Assembly: GCF_041917035.1 (NCBI RefSeq)
Contig: NZ_JAYRYM010000002.1
Coordinates: 7,863 to 71,862, forward strand
Direction of reading: 5' to 3'
Length of the DNA stretch: 64,000 nt
DNA from: Devosia sp.
GTDB lineage: Bacteria; Pseudomonadota; Alphaproteobacteria; Rhizobiales; Devosiaceae
The notes beneath the pieces are model-generated. The model worked only from the letters and a program-made list of their open reading frames with translations, searched no databases and had not been told where the DNA came from. Position numbers and translations under genes: made by a program. Positions 53,741 to 62,742 of this stretch are shown here, in pieces (within the stretch, counting starts at the first letter, position 1; each line of letters begins with the position of its first letter).

Positions 53741-54877
53741 GTGCCTTTCCTTGTTGTCTTTGACCCGTCTCGCGTGGAACTGGCCCGTGGACTGGCGCAC
53801 GGTCTGGCCCTGCCCAGCAACTGCGTCTTCGACATCGAGGACGGCGGACTTGCAGCGCGACCACGTCTCCTTGTCGACATCGACCTGACCGACACCCGCT
53901 CGGTCGATCGGTTCCGGCAGGCCATGGGGACACCACCGGCCCGGCGCGACTGGCTGTTCATCGTCGCGCGCACCGATGCTCGCCATCAGACGCAGACCCA
54001 GGCCAATGCCCTCAATGCCAGCCGCAACATCGTGCGAAGCGAGGCCCGGCCGGCCTTGCTGCGAATGATGTCGGTGGCGGGGCAGCGCGATGGCTCGCGG
54101 GCCGCCGTCGAGGCGCTGCTCGCCGCTCCGGGCGGCCGGTCCATCCATGCCGCCGGCGTGGAACTTGCCGGACTGTTCAGCAGTTTCTCGGACGCACGGC
54201 CGTTCTCGCTGCAGGCGGTGCACGCCGTGGGGACCGAACTCATCGGCAGCATCGGCGACACCGGCGCGGCGAACTGGCTCGACACCGTGCGCGGCCATCA
54301 CGAGGGCACCTTCCAGCATTGCCTGCTGGTTGCCGGCGTGGCGGCGGCCTATGCGGCCCGGCACCTGAGGGGGACCCGCATGGCCAGACGCCTGACCGAT
54401 GCGGCGCTGCTGCACGACATCGGCAAGGCCTGCGTTCCCCTGCATGTGCTCGACAAGCCGGGGCGCCTCGATGAGACGGAACTGGATCTCGTGCGGGCCC
54501 ATCCGCGCGCCGCCGTCGACTATCTCGCATCGACCCCGGGCCTCGAGCCCGAGGTGCTCGATGCCGTCCTGCACCATCACGAGGCACTCGACGGCAGCGG
54601 TTATCCGGACGGGCTCAGGGGCGGCGACATCACCGCCCTCACCCGTATCCTCACCGTCTGCGACATCTTCGCCGCACTGGTCGAGCGTCGCGCCTACAAG
54701 CCGCCCCTCTCGGACGAGGATGCCATCGCCATCCTGGTCGACGGCGCGCTCGACGGCAAGGTGGACTACATCCGCGTGCGCAGCCTCGCCGAGGTCTTCG
54801 GCATGAACCTTCCAGCGACGCTCGACGACGTCCGTGTCAACATGGCTCGGGCCGCGGAATCGCTCCCGGCCCAGTGA
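53741..54877 (+). CDS. HD-GYP phosphodiesterase (start uncertain)
   Basis: LLHDIGK, HHHEALDGSGYPDG, CDIFAAL...R.YK. Confidence 0.9.
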   Translation: MPFLVVFDPSRVELARGLAHGLALPSNCVFDIEDGGLAARPRLLVDIDLTDTRSVDRFRQAMGTPPARRDWLFIVARTDARHQTQTQANALNASRNIVRSEARPALLRMMSVAGQRDGSRAAVEALLAAPGGRSIHAAGVELAGLFSSFSDARPFSLQAVHAVGTELIGSIGDTGAANWLDTVRGHHEGTFQHCLLVAGVAAAYAARHLRGTRMARRLTDAALLHDIGKACVPLHVLDKPGRLDETELDLVRAHPRAAVDYLASTPGLEPEVLDAVLHHHEALDGSGYPDGLRGGDITALTRILTVCDIFAALVERRAYKPPLSDEDAIAILVDGALDGKVDYIRVRSLAEVFGMNLPATLDDVRVNMARAAESLPAQ

Positions 54878-54908
54878 TCCCTCCCCGGACGGCGTGCGTA
54901 ACTTGGCC

Positions 54909-55487
54909 ATGGCGACCGACCACGACATCGTAGAAGTCCGTTCCCGCGCGGAACTGCGGGCCTGGCTGGCCGCCAACCACGACCGCAGCGGCAGCATCTG
55001 GCTGGCGAGCTACAAGAAGCACTCCAACTGGTACCTGCCCTATGACGCCATCGTCGAGGAAGTGCTCTGCTTCGGCTGGATCGACAGCCAGCCGCGCAAG
55101 CTGGACGCAGACCGGTCGCTGTTGCGGCTGTCACCGAGGAAGCCGGGGAGCGGCTGGTCGCAGGTCAACAAGACACGGATCGAGCGACTGCTGGCCGAGC
55201 ACCTGATGACCCCGGCAGGCCTCGCGTGCATCGAACGAGCCAAGGCCGATGGCTCCTGGCAGGCCCTCGACGAAGCCCATGCCGGCACGGTGCCGGACGA
55301 CCTCGCGGCCGCCTTCGCGGGCCATCCGGGCGCGGCCGAGCGCTTTGCCGGGTTTCCGCCTTCCACCCGCCGGGCCATCCTCGAATGGATCACGAGCGCG
55401 CGGCGGGTCGAGACCCGCGCCGCGCGTGTCGAGGAGACGGCCCGCCTTGCTGCGCAGGGCATCAGGGCCAACCAGTGGCCGAAATAG
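54909..55487 (+). CDS. YdeI/OmpD-associated family protein
   Basis: WLAANH, LCFGWIDS, SPRKPGS.WS..NK, AKADGSW, TR..R. Confidence 0.88.
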   Translation: MATDHDIVEVRSRAELRAWLAANHDRSGSIWLASYKKHSNWYLPYDAIVEEVLCFGWIDSQPRKLDADRSLLRLSPRKPGSGWSQVNKTRIERLLAEHLMTPAGLACIERAKADGSWQALDEAHAGTVPDDLAAAFAGHPGAAERFAGFPPSTRRAILEWITSARRVETRAARVEETARLAAQGIRANQWPK

Positions 55488-55575
55488 CCATCACCGCAAG
55501 TGATGGCTCCCATCGTCAAAATCGGTTCGACGCAGCGCTCCCGGCCGCCTATACGGGCACAAACGGAGAACGTGA

Positions 55576-56466
55576 ATGCCGCTGCGCTACTGGGTCCTCA
55601 TCATCTCGCTCGGCGCCGTGTGGGGCGGCTCGTTCTTCTTCAACGCCATCCTGATCCGCGAGCTGAGCCCGCTGTGGGTCTCGGCCGGGCGCGTCACCAT
55701 CGGCGCGGCCATCTGCTGGGCCTATTTCATCGCGACGCGGCGCACCCTGCCCCGCGACCGGGCGCTGTATCCGCAACTGTTCGCGCTGGGGCTGATGAAC
55801 TACGCGGTGCCGTTCGCGTTGTTCCCGTACGCCGAGCAGCACCTGCCGAGCGGCATTGTCGGCGTGATCAACGGGCTGACGCCGATGACCACGGTGATCG
55901 TCAGCCAGCTCTGGGTCGGCGGCGAGAAGGCGACCCTCAACAAGACCCTCGGCGTGTTCGTCGGATTTGCCGGAGCCGCCCTGCTGGCCTCACCCTCCTT
56001 CGGCTCCGGCGCCTCGGGACAGGTCCTCGCCTACCTGGCCGCGCTGCTCGCCACCTGCTGCTACGCGGTGACCCTCAACTACGCGCGCCGCTTCAAGGGG
56101 CTCGACTCGGCAACCATCGCCGCCTGCTCGCTGACCGGTGCCGCGCTCGCCTCGGTGCCCACCGCCTTCGCCTTCGACGGCATGCCGGTGATCGCCCTCC
56201 CCGAGACCTGGGCGGCGCTGTTCGCCATCGGCGTGCTTTCGACCAGCTTCAGCTTCCTTCTGGTCTACTGGCTGCTGCCGCGCGTCGGAGCGACCAACCT
56301 GTCGCTCAACACCTTCATCACGCCGATCTCGGCCCTGCTGCTGGGCGCCCTCGTGCTGCACGAAGCGCTGGCGCCGGTGCATTTCATCGGTATCGCGGTG
56401 ATCTTTTCCGGCCTCGTGTTCATCGACGGCCGGCTGCTCAAGAGGTTCGGGCGGGTTACCGCCTGA
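55576..56466 (+). CDS. DMT/EamA family transporter
   Basis: About ten TM segments, WGGSF, PF.LF..AE, GATN. Confidence 0.9.
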   Translation: MPLRYWVLIISLGAVWGGSFFFNAILIRELSPLWVSAGRVTIGAAICWAYFIATRRTLPRDRALYPQLFALGLMNYAVPFALFPYAEQHLPSGIVGVINGLTPMTTVIVSQLWVGGEKATLNKTLGVFVGFAGAALLASPSFGSGASGQVLAYLAALLATCCYAVTLNYARRFKGLDSATIAACSLTGAALASVPTAFAFDGMPVIALPETWAALFAIGVLSTSFSFLLVYWLLPRVGATNLSLNTFITPISALLLGALVLHEALAPVHFIGIAVIFSGLVFIDGRLLKRFGRVTA

Positions 56467-56760
56467 TCAGCCCTCGAAGCCCTCGACGATGACGAAGTCG
56501 GCGACGCTCGCCGCCAACCGATCCTGCAGGCCGCGCTGGTATTCGGCCGATTCGTAGACGCGCACGGCATCGGCGTAGCTGGGAAATTCGACCAGCACGG
56601 TGCGCGACGAGGCCCGCCCCTCCACCACCCGCTGCTGCCCGCCGCGGATGATGAAGCGCCCCGCATTGGCGGCGAGGAACGGCCGCACGAACGCCTGGTA
56701 GACCTTGTAGGCCTCCGGGTCCGTCACCTCGATATGAACGACCCAGTAGCCCTTCGCCAT
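56467..56760 (-). CDS. DUF1330 family protein
   Basis: MAKGYWV, RFIIRGG...EG, VEFPS...A...Y.S.EYQ. Confidence 0.92.
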   Translation of the reverse strand: MAKGYWVVHIEVTDPEAYKVYQAFVRPFLAANAGRFIIRGGQQRVVEGRASSRTVLVEFPSYADAVRVYESAEYQRGLQDRLAASVADFVIVEGFEG

Positions 56761-56782
56761 TCTACTCGATCCCTTTCGTAGC

Positions 56783-57193
56783 TTAGTCGTCTTTTGGGTG
56801 GTTCGGGAGCCAGCTGTCGGGCACGTGAGTAATCAGGCGCGCAGTTTCCAAGAACAATGAGGCCGCAAGGTCGATTTGTTCAAGTGGCAACCGATCCACA
56901 CTGACGTCCGGCATTGCTCGGCCGACCACGCGCCTCCGATGTAGTATCAGAAACGCGGTCCCAGTGGGCGGCTCGACCACGGCAAGGCTGACCGCATCGC
57001 CCCTTGCCGACTTGTGGCTGATGTAGCTGTCCCGCTTCCATCCCTTCTGCACCACTAGCCCGCCGCGGCGCTGGACTCCTTCCCGAAGCAAAGGGTGACG
57101 CGGGAGGTCTGATTCCATGAGTCGATCGTAAATAGCCTCAAGTTTCTTCTCTGCTTCTTCGGGTGTCATCTTGGCCCCAGCCGACATTTTCAA
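56783..57193 (-). CDS. Hypothetical protein, visibly lower GC than flanks
   Basis: ORF filling the gap between gatB and DUF1330; no recognisable motif. Confidence 0.55.
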   Translation of the reverse strand: MKMSAGAKMTPEEAEKKLEAIYDRLMESDLPRHPLLREGVQRRGGLVVQKGWKRDSYISHKSARGDAVSLAVVEPPTGTAFLILHRRRVVGRAMPDVSVDRLPLEQIDLAASLFLETARLITHVPDSWLPNHPKDD

Positions 57194-57203
57194 TACAGAA
57201 CAG

Positions 57204-58700
57204 CTACAATCCCAGCTTCTTCTTCAGCAGCTCGTTCAGCGCCTGCGGGTTGGCCTTGCCGCCCGAGGCCTTCATCGCCTGGCCGACGAACCAACCGAGC
57301 ATGGTCGGCTTGGCCTTCACCGCCGCCACCTGCCCCGGGTTCGCCGCGATGATCTCGTCGATCACCTTCTCGATGGCGCCCAGGTCGGTGACCTGCTTCA
57401 TGCCGCGCCGCTCGACGATCTCGGCCGGCTCGCCCTCCGGCTCCTCGGCGATGATGATCTGCAGCAGGTCCTTGGCGCCCTTCGACGAGATCGTCCCGGC
57501 CGCCACGAGATCGACGATGCCGGCGATCTGGCCCGGCTTGATATGCGTCTCAAACGCCGACAGCCCCTGGCTGTTGGCATAGGCGGCGATGTCGCCGGTG
57601 ACGAGGTTCGCCACCGCCTTGCCGTCGCGCCTGCCGCCGCCGAACTTCACCGCGGCCTCGTAATAGTCGGCCGTCTCGCGCTCCAGCGTCAGCACCATCG
57701 CGTCGTAGGGCGTCACGCCGTACTCGGCGATGAAGCGCGCCTGCTTGTCGTCCGGCAGTTCCGGCAGGTGCTGCGCCAGGTCGTCGACGAAGGACTGGTC
57801 GAACTCGAGCGGCAAGAGGTCCGGATCGGGGAAGTAGCGATAGTCGTGCGCTTCTTCCTTGGACCGCATCGAGCGGGTCTCGCCGGTCTTGGGGTCGTAG
57901 AGCCGCGTCTCCTGGTCGATCGCGCCGCCCGCCTCGAGGATGTCGATCTGCCGCCGCGCCTCGAATTCGATCGCCTGCCCGGCAAAGCGGATCGAGTTGA
58001 CGTTCTTGATCTCGCAGCGCGTGCCGAATGCGCCGGCGGGCTTCCTGACCGACACGTTGATGTCGGCCCGCATCGAGCCCTGCTCCATGTTGCCGTCGCA
58101 GGTGCCGAGGTAGCGCAGGATGGTGCGCAGCTTCGACAGATACGCCTTCGCCTCGTCCGAGTTGCGCAGGTCGGGCTTGGAGACGATCTCCATCAGCGCC
58201 ACGCCCGAGCGGTTGAGGTCGACGAAGCTCATGTTCGGATGCTGGTCGTGGATAGACTTGCCGGCATCCTGCTCGAGGTGCAGCCGCTCGATGCCGATCT
58301 CGATGCGCCCGTCCGGCATGTCGAGGAACACCGAGCCCTCGCCGACGATGGGATCCTTGAACTGGCTGATCTGGTAGCCCTGCGGCAGGTCCGGGTAGAA
58401 GTAGTTCTTCCGGTCGAAGATCGAGCGCTTGTTGATCTGCGCCTTGAGCCCCAGCCCGGTCCGCACCGCCTGCCGCACGCACTCCTCGTTGATCACCGGC
58501 AGCATGCCGGGCATGGCCGCATCGACGAAGCTCACATTGGCATTGGGCGGCGAACCGAACTCGGTCGAGGAGCCGCTGAACAGCTTGCTTTCCGACGTCA
58601 CCTGGGCATGCACCTCCATGCCGATGACGATCTCCCAGTCGCCGGTCGCGCCCTTGATGAAGCTCCTGGGGTTTGGAGTGCGGGTATCGATGATGGTCAA
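57204..58700 (-). CDS. gatB: Asp/Glu-tRNA amidotransferase subunit B
   Basis: [48 protein letters not shown]. Confidence 0.98.
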   Translation of the reverse strand: MTIIDTRTPNPRSFIKGATGDWEIVIGMEVHAQVTSESKLFSGSSTEFGSPPNANVSFVDAAMPGMLPVINEECVRQAVRTGLGLKAQINKRSIFDRKNYFYPDLPQGYQISQFKDPIVGEGSVFLDMPDGRIEIGIERLHLEQDAGKSIHDQHPNMSFVDLNRSGVALMEIVSKPDLRNSDEAKAYLSKLRTILRYLGTCDGNMEQGSMRADINVSVRKPAGAFGTRCEIKNVNSIRFAGQAIEFEARRQIDILEAGGAIDQETRLYDPKTGETRSMRSKEEAHDYRYFPDPDLLPLEFDQSFVDDLAQHLPELPDDKQARFIAEYGVTPYDAMVLTLERETADYYEAAVKFGGGRRDGKAVANLVTGDIAAYANSQGLSAFETHIKPGQIAGIVDLVAAGTISSKGAKDLLQIIIAEEPEGEPAEIVERRGMKQVTDLGAIEKVIDEIIAANPGQVAAVKAKPTMLGWFVGQAMKASGGKANPQALNELLKKKLGL

Positions 58701-58705
58701 GTCGG

Positions 58706-59233
58706 CTATTCCTGTTCCTTGTCGGTCACGGGACCGCGATAGGGGTTCAGGCTCTTTTCGAGCCGGATGCTGGTCTGCGGGTCAGGGCCGCCGGGCCCCT
58801 CGTGCTTCAGCACCAGGATGCGGTAGCCCTGGTGCTGGTAGAAGTTGACGGCGCGCACGTTGTCGCTGAGCGTGTCGAGCTGCACGCTGTCGGCGCCGGC
58901 CAGTTCGAGCAGGGACTCCATGCGCCTCAGCAGAAGGGTGCCGATGCCTTGGTTCTGCAGCACCGGCGTCACGAAGAGGTAGGGAATATACGCCCTGGAG
59001 CGCGCCCTCGCACACCAGCCGACCGCCATTCCGTCGAGTTCGGCGACAATGGTGCGGTCGAGCAGTTCGTGCACCGCCGCCCCCAGCCGCCGCCGCTCGA
59101 CCTGCCGGCTGGCGGCCTCACCGGTGAGAAAGGGCCTGAGGTCGCGATCCCAGGCGAGATAGCCGATCTCGGCCAGCCGCTCGGCCTCGCTCGCCACCGC
59201 CTTGCGCATCAGCACGTCCGATGTTGTCGTCAT
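58706..59233 (-). CDS. GNAT family N-acetyltransferase
   Basis: [29 protein letters not shown]. Confidence 0.88.
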   Translation of the reverse strand: MTTTSDVLMRKAVASEAERLAEIGYLAWDRDLRPFLTGEAASRQVERRRLGAAVHELLDRTIVAELDGMAVGWCARARSRAYIPYLFVTPVLQNQGIGTLLLRRMESLLELAGADSVQLDTLSDNVRAVNFYQHQGYRILVLKHEGPGGPDPQTSIRLEKSLNPYRGPVTDKEQE

Positions 59234-59262
59234 GGCGGTGCACTCCTTCGCCGGGCGCGCGG

Positions 59263-59571
59263 CTACCCCTGGCGCTTGCGCGCGGCGATAATGCCCTTTT
59301 CGTAGTTGACGTTCCAGTTGATCAGCGTGCGCCAGATCAGCTCGGCCTGGTCCTCGTCGAGGTCGAGTTCCTCGGCGCGGCCGCGCTGCTTGCTGATGAT
59401 CGCTTCGATGCGGGTGGGGTCGTAGGCCTCGTGCGGATCGGTCTTGATCTCGGCCATGCGCGTGACGTAGCGGTGCCGCTCGGCCAGCAGCACCAGCAGC
59501 CCCTGGTCGATGCGGTCGATCTCGGCGCGCACGTCTTCCTTCGTCATGCAGTCGGCGGGGGGCTTGGTCAC
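59263..59571 (-). CDS. Chorismate mutase type II (PchB-like)
   Basis: C.T.EDVRAEIDRID...LLAER...MAEIK. Confidence 0.85.
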   Translation of the reverse strand: MTKPPADCMTKEDVRAEIDRIDQGLLVLLAERHRYVTRMAEIKTDPHEAYDPTRIEAIISKQRGRAEELDLDEDQAELIWRTLINWNVNYEKGIIAARKRQG

Positions 59572-59726
59572 GGTCGAACTCGGGCAGGTCTCGTCTGTTG
59601 CTGGTTTGCACCGTCGTGCCGCCGATTGCAACCGGCGCTGGCGCGGCGGCCGCACTTCCGCTATGCAGCGTCCGTTCAGCTACGGCGCCCGATCGCGGCG
59701 CCGTCGTCAGATGTCGGGGACGTCCC

Positions 59727-59753
59727 ATGTCCAGCCTGCCGGAGATTGCGTAA
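59727..59753 (+). promoter_or_regulatory. Candidate leader peptide (uORF MSSLPEIA) of a yjhX attenuator
   Basis: GGGGA RBS-like sequence, ATG TCC AGC CTG CCG GAG ATT GCG TAA, overlapping the 5' arm of a long hairpin. Confidence 0.5.
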
Positions 59754-59871
59754 CCCCCCGTTCGCCCGGGCGCCACGGCGCCGGTGACGAAACGGGGTTG
59801 TTCAACCAGGCGGCCGCCACGCGCGATGCTGGCGGCGGCTCGTTGCTACGCATCCCAAGGCCTTCTGAAAG

Positions 59872-60126
59872 ATGGATATTTCCCGCGAGGAACAGCGGGT
59901 ACTGCATGCGCTTGCGCAGGGCGGTGCCATTCACGTCCACAAGTCCACAAACGGCAAGATCGTCGCCGTCGAGTGCTTCAACCGCGAGGGCTGGCTCATG
60001 CAGTGCAGCCTCGAGCTGTTCAGGAAGCTCAAGCGGCGAAGCGCGATAGCCTCCGCGGAGGGGCGCCCCTACCGGGTCACCCGCCGCGGCCTCGAACTGG
60101 TCCGCAGCGAGTTCGACAACCGCTGA
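59872..60126 (+). CDS. yjhX: YjhX/TopAI family toxin (UPF0386)
   Basis: MDISREEQRVLHALAQGG, CFNREG, LFRKLKRR..I.S..G.PYRVTRRGL..VRS..DNR. Confidence 0.88.
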   Translation: MDISREEQRVLHALAQGGAIHVHKSTNGKIVAVECFNREGWLMQCSLELFRKLKRRSAIASAEGRPYRVTRRGLELVRSEFDNR

Positions 60127-60166
60127 CGCCGCATGGCCGTCGTCCCCCGCGGGCGGCGGCCAATGC

Positions 60167-60198
60167 TTGACAACGCGACTTGTGTTCCTGTTATGTTC
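60167..60198 (+). promoter_or_regulatory. dinB promoter with alphaproteobacterial LexA (SOS) box
   Basis: -35 TTGACA at 60167 and GTTC-CTGTTAT-GTTC (GTTC-N7-GTTC) at 60184-60198 over the -10 region. Confidence 0.85.
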
Positions 60199-60216
60199 CA
60201 TACATGGAGCCTGTCC

Positions 60217-61464
60217 ATGACAGCTGTGGCAAACATCCTGCACGCCGATCTCGATGCCTTCTACGCATCGGTGGAGCAGTTGCTGAACCCCGACCTGCGC
60301 GGCAAGCCGATCGCCGTGGGCGGTGGGGTGGTCCTGGCCGCCTCCTATGAGGCGAAGGCCTTCGGCGTGCGCGGCGGCATGTCCGGACGCAAGGCCCGCG
60401 AGCTGTGCCCGCGGCTCATCTTTGTCGACGGACACTACGACGAGTACCAGCGTCTCGGCGATGCCGCGATCAAGGTGCTGGACGATTTCACCCCGCTGGT
60501 CGAGCGCATTTCGATCGACGAGGCGTTCGCCGATGTCTCCGGCACGGCCCACCTGTTCGGACCTCCGGGCGCCATCGCACGCGCCATCCGTCAGCGCGTC
60601 CGCGGCGAACTCGGCCTGCCCATCTCCATCGGCATTGCCCGGACCAAGCACCTCGCCAAGGTCGCCTCGCAGGTTGCCAAACCCGACGGGCTGATCGAGG
60701 TCGATCCGGCCAACGAGCTGACATTCCTTCATGATCTGCCGGTCGAGCTGATGTGGGGAGTCGGCCCGGTAACGCGCGGCAAACTCGAGGCCGAGGGCAT
60801 CCGCACGATCGGTCAGCTCGCCAACACGCCGGGCCACTCGCTGCGCGGCCTGCTCGGGGAGGCCGCCGGGGACAAGCTGGGGGCCCTGGCCTGGAACCGG
60901 GATCCGCGCGAGATCGAGACGCGCCACCGGGCCCGCTCGGTCGGGGCCCAGTCGGCCCTCGGTCGCAGGCCCGCAACCGAGGCGACGTTCCGTCCGGCCC
61001 TGCTGCATCTTGCCGACCGCATCGGCTCGCGCCTGCGCGCCAAGTCGATTGCCGGTCGAACCATCACGGTTCGCATCCGCTTCGCCGACATGCGCGCCAT
61101 CACGCGTTCCGTCACGCTGCCGGCACCGATCGCGGCGACGGTCCTGCTGGCGGAAGCGGCCGAGGAGCTGGTGCGCGGCGCCCTGTTCGAGCATCGCGAG
61201 GAGCGGGTCCTGACGCTCCTCGCCATCTCGGTTTCGCATGTCGAGCGCAGTCCCGAACTGCAGCTTGAGCTGGAGCTTGGGCTTGCCGACGAGAGATACC
61301 GCCCGGGCGCCCGCCGCGGCGCGGCGCGATGGGTCGCCGACAAGGCCGTGGACGCCGTGCGCAGCCGATTCGGCCGGGACGCCATCGCATATGGCCCCCT
61401 CGCGTTCGATCGCAGCGGCGCCGTCCCCGACGCTTTCCGCGAACTGGCCGAGAAGGAACTTTGA
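60217..61464 (+). CDS. dinB: DNA polymerase IV (Y-family)
   Basis: ILHADLDAFYASVEQ, AASYEAK.FGVR, SIDEAF, AKVASQVAKPDG. Confidence 0.93.
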   Translation: MTAVANILHADLDAFYASVEQLLNPDLRGKPIAVGGGVVLAASYEAKAFGVRGGMSGRKARELCPRLIFVDGHYDEYQRLGDAAIKVLDDFTPLVERISIDEAFADVSGTAHLFGPPGAIARAIRQRVRGELGLPISIGIARTKHLAKVASQVAKPDGLIEVDPANELTFLHDLPVELMWGVGPVTRGKLEAEGIRTIGQLANTPGHSLRGLLGEAAGDKLGALAWNRDPREIETRHRARSVGAQSALGRRPATEATFRPALLHLADRIGSRLRAKSIAGRTITVRIRFADMRAITRSVTLPAPIAATVLLAEAAEELVRGALFEHREERVLTLLAISVSHVERSPELQLELELGLADERYRPGARRGAARWVADKAVDAVRSRFGRDAIAYGPLAFDRSGAVPDAFRELAEKEL

Positions 61465-61574
61465 GCGCGGCCCGATCGGCACCACGTTCCCACGCCGCGC
61501 GATATGGCGTTGCCTGTGGCACAGGGCCGCGTTCTGCTTGCCGCCGACACCGACGATTCGAAAGGGGGTTCGCC

Positions 61575-62312
61575 ATGGACCTTGACGGGATCTGGGACAC
61601 CGAGGCGGCCGAGACCTACGACACGCCGGGCGCCGGGATGTTCGACCCGGTGCTGCTCGCGCAGACCACCGACCGGCTCGCGGCCCTCGCCGACGGCGGT
61701 TCGGTGCTCGAATTCGCCATCGGGACCGGTCGCATCGCCATCCCGTTGATCGAGAGAGGCATACCCGTATCGGGCATCGAGATGTCCGCGGCCATGCTCG
61801 ACGTGCTGCGCCGCAAGGTGGATGCGGCCACGCTTCCGGTGGTCCTGGGCGACATGACCTCGGCCAGCGTGCCGGGGCGGTTCTCCGTCGTCGCGCTGGT
61901 CTTCAACGGCATCTCGAACGTTCTGACCCAGGACGCACAGATCGCCTGCTTCGAGAACGCTGCACGCCACCTGTCTCGGGGCGGCTGCCTTGTCATCGAG
62001 CTATGGGTACCGGACCTGCGCCGCCTGCCGCCCGGCAGCAAGGCCGCCGTCTTCGCGGCGGATACGGGCTATGTCGGTCTCGATACCATCGACGTGCTGG
62101 AGCAGATCGTGGTGTCGCACCACTTCCACTTCGACGATGGCCGGGAGGCGCGGCTGTTCCGTTCGCCGCACCGCTACGTCTGGCCGGCCGAACTCGACCT
62201 GATGGCGCGCCTCGCCGGCTTCACGCTGGAATCGCGCCATTCCGACTGGGCCGGTTCGCCCTTCACCGCGGAGTCACGCTCGCATGTCTCCGTCTATCGG
62301 CTGGCCGGATGA
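61575..62312 (+). CDS. Class I SAM-dependent methyltransferase
   Basis: VLEFAIGTGR motif I, GIEMS..ML, GDM. Confidence 0.9.
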   Translation: MDLDGIWDTEAAETYDTPGAGMFDPVLLAQTTDRLAALADGGSVLEFAIGTGRIAIPLIERGIPVSGIEMSAAMLDVLRRKVDAATLPVVLGDMTSASVPGRFSVVALVFNGISNVLTQDAQIACFENAARHLSRGGCLVIELWVPDLRRLPPGSKAAVFAADTGYVGLDTIDVLEQIVVSHHFHFDDGREARLFRSPHRYVWPAELDLMARLAGFTLESRHSDWAGSPFTAESRSHVSVYRLAG

Positions 62313-62627
62313 TCAGTGGCGGGTGACGCCGCTCAGTTCGCGCGCCATATGCTCCCATTCGGCGGAGACGCTCGCCGTCGCCCGCCGCTTGCCGGCGCGC
62401 CGGTACCAGTAGTCGGCATTGCCCATGTCGGCTTCGACCCAGTGCAGCAGCGCATGCACCCAATCGAACTCGAACACGCCTTCCATGGTCTGGACGATGG
62501 CGTGGGCTTCTTCCCACTCCGGGCCGACCTTGAGCCCGCCCTTTTTCAGCCACCACAGGGCCTGCAGCGGCTTGGACAGGTCCTTGGGCGGGGCCGACCA
62601 GTCGAGAGTGGTGAACACGTCGGCCAT
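62313..62627 (-). CDS. Conserved hypothetical protein
   Basis: LQALWW..KG..W..AH..VQ..WVHA.LH..E.D.GNA.YWYRRAG pattern. Confidence 0.75.
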   Translation of the reverse strand: MADVFTTLDWSAPPKDLSKPLQALWWLKKGGLKVGPEWEEAHAIVQTMEGVFEFDWVHALLHWVEADMGNADYWYRRAGKRRATASVSAEWEHMARELSGVTRH

Positions 62628-62742
62628 GGAGCCAGTCCTCCGCAAGGGGGCCGCGGGCTTGCCGGGCAGGTCAACTAGTCTGAGTTTGCGCATGGGCGGG
62701 CAAATAGTGCCGAAACCGCCGACCTTCAAGCGTTTTCGAGTC

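Noticed and set aside
59752-59800. Hammerhead ribozyme suggested by TGACGAAAC
   Set aside because: Lacks the CUGANGA core followed by stem II; better explained as an attenuator hairpin
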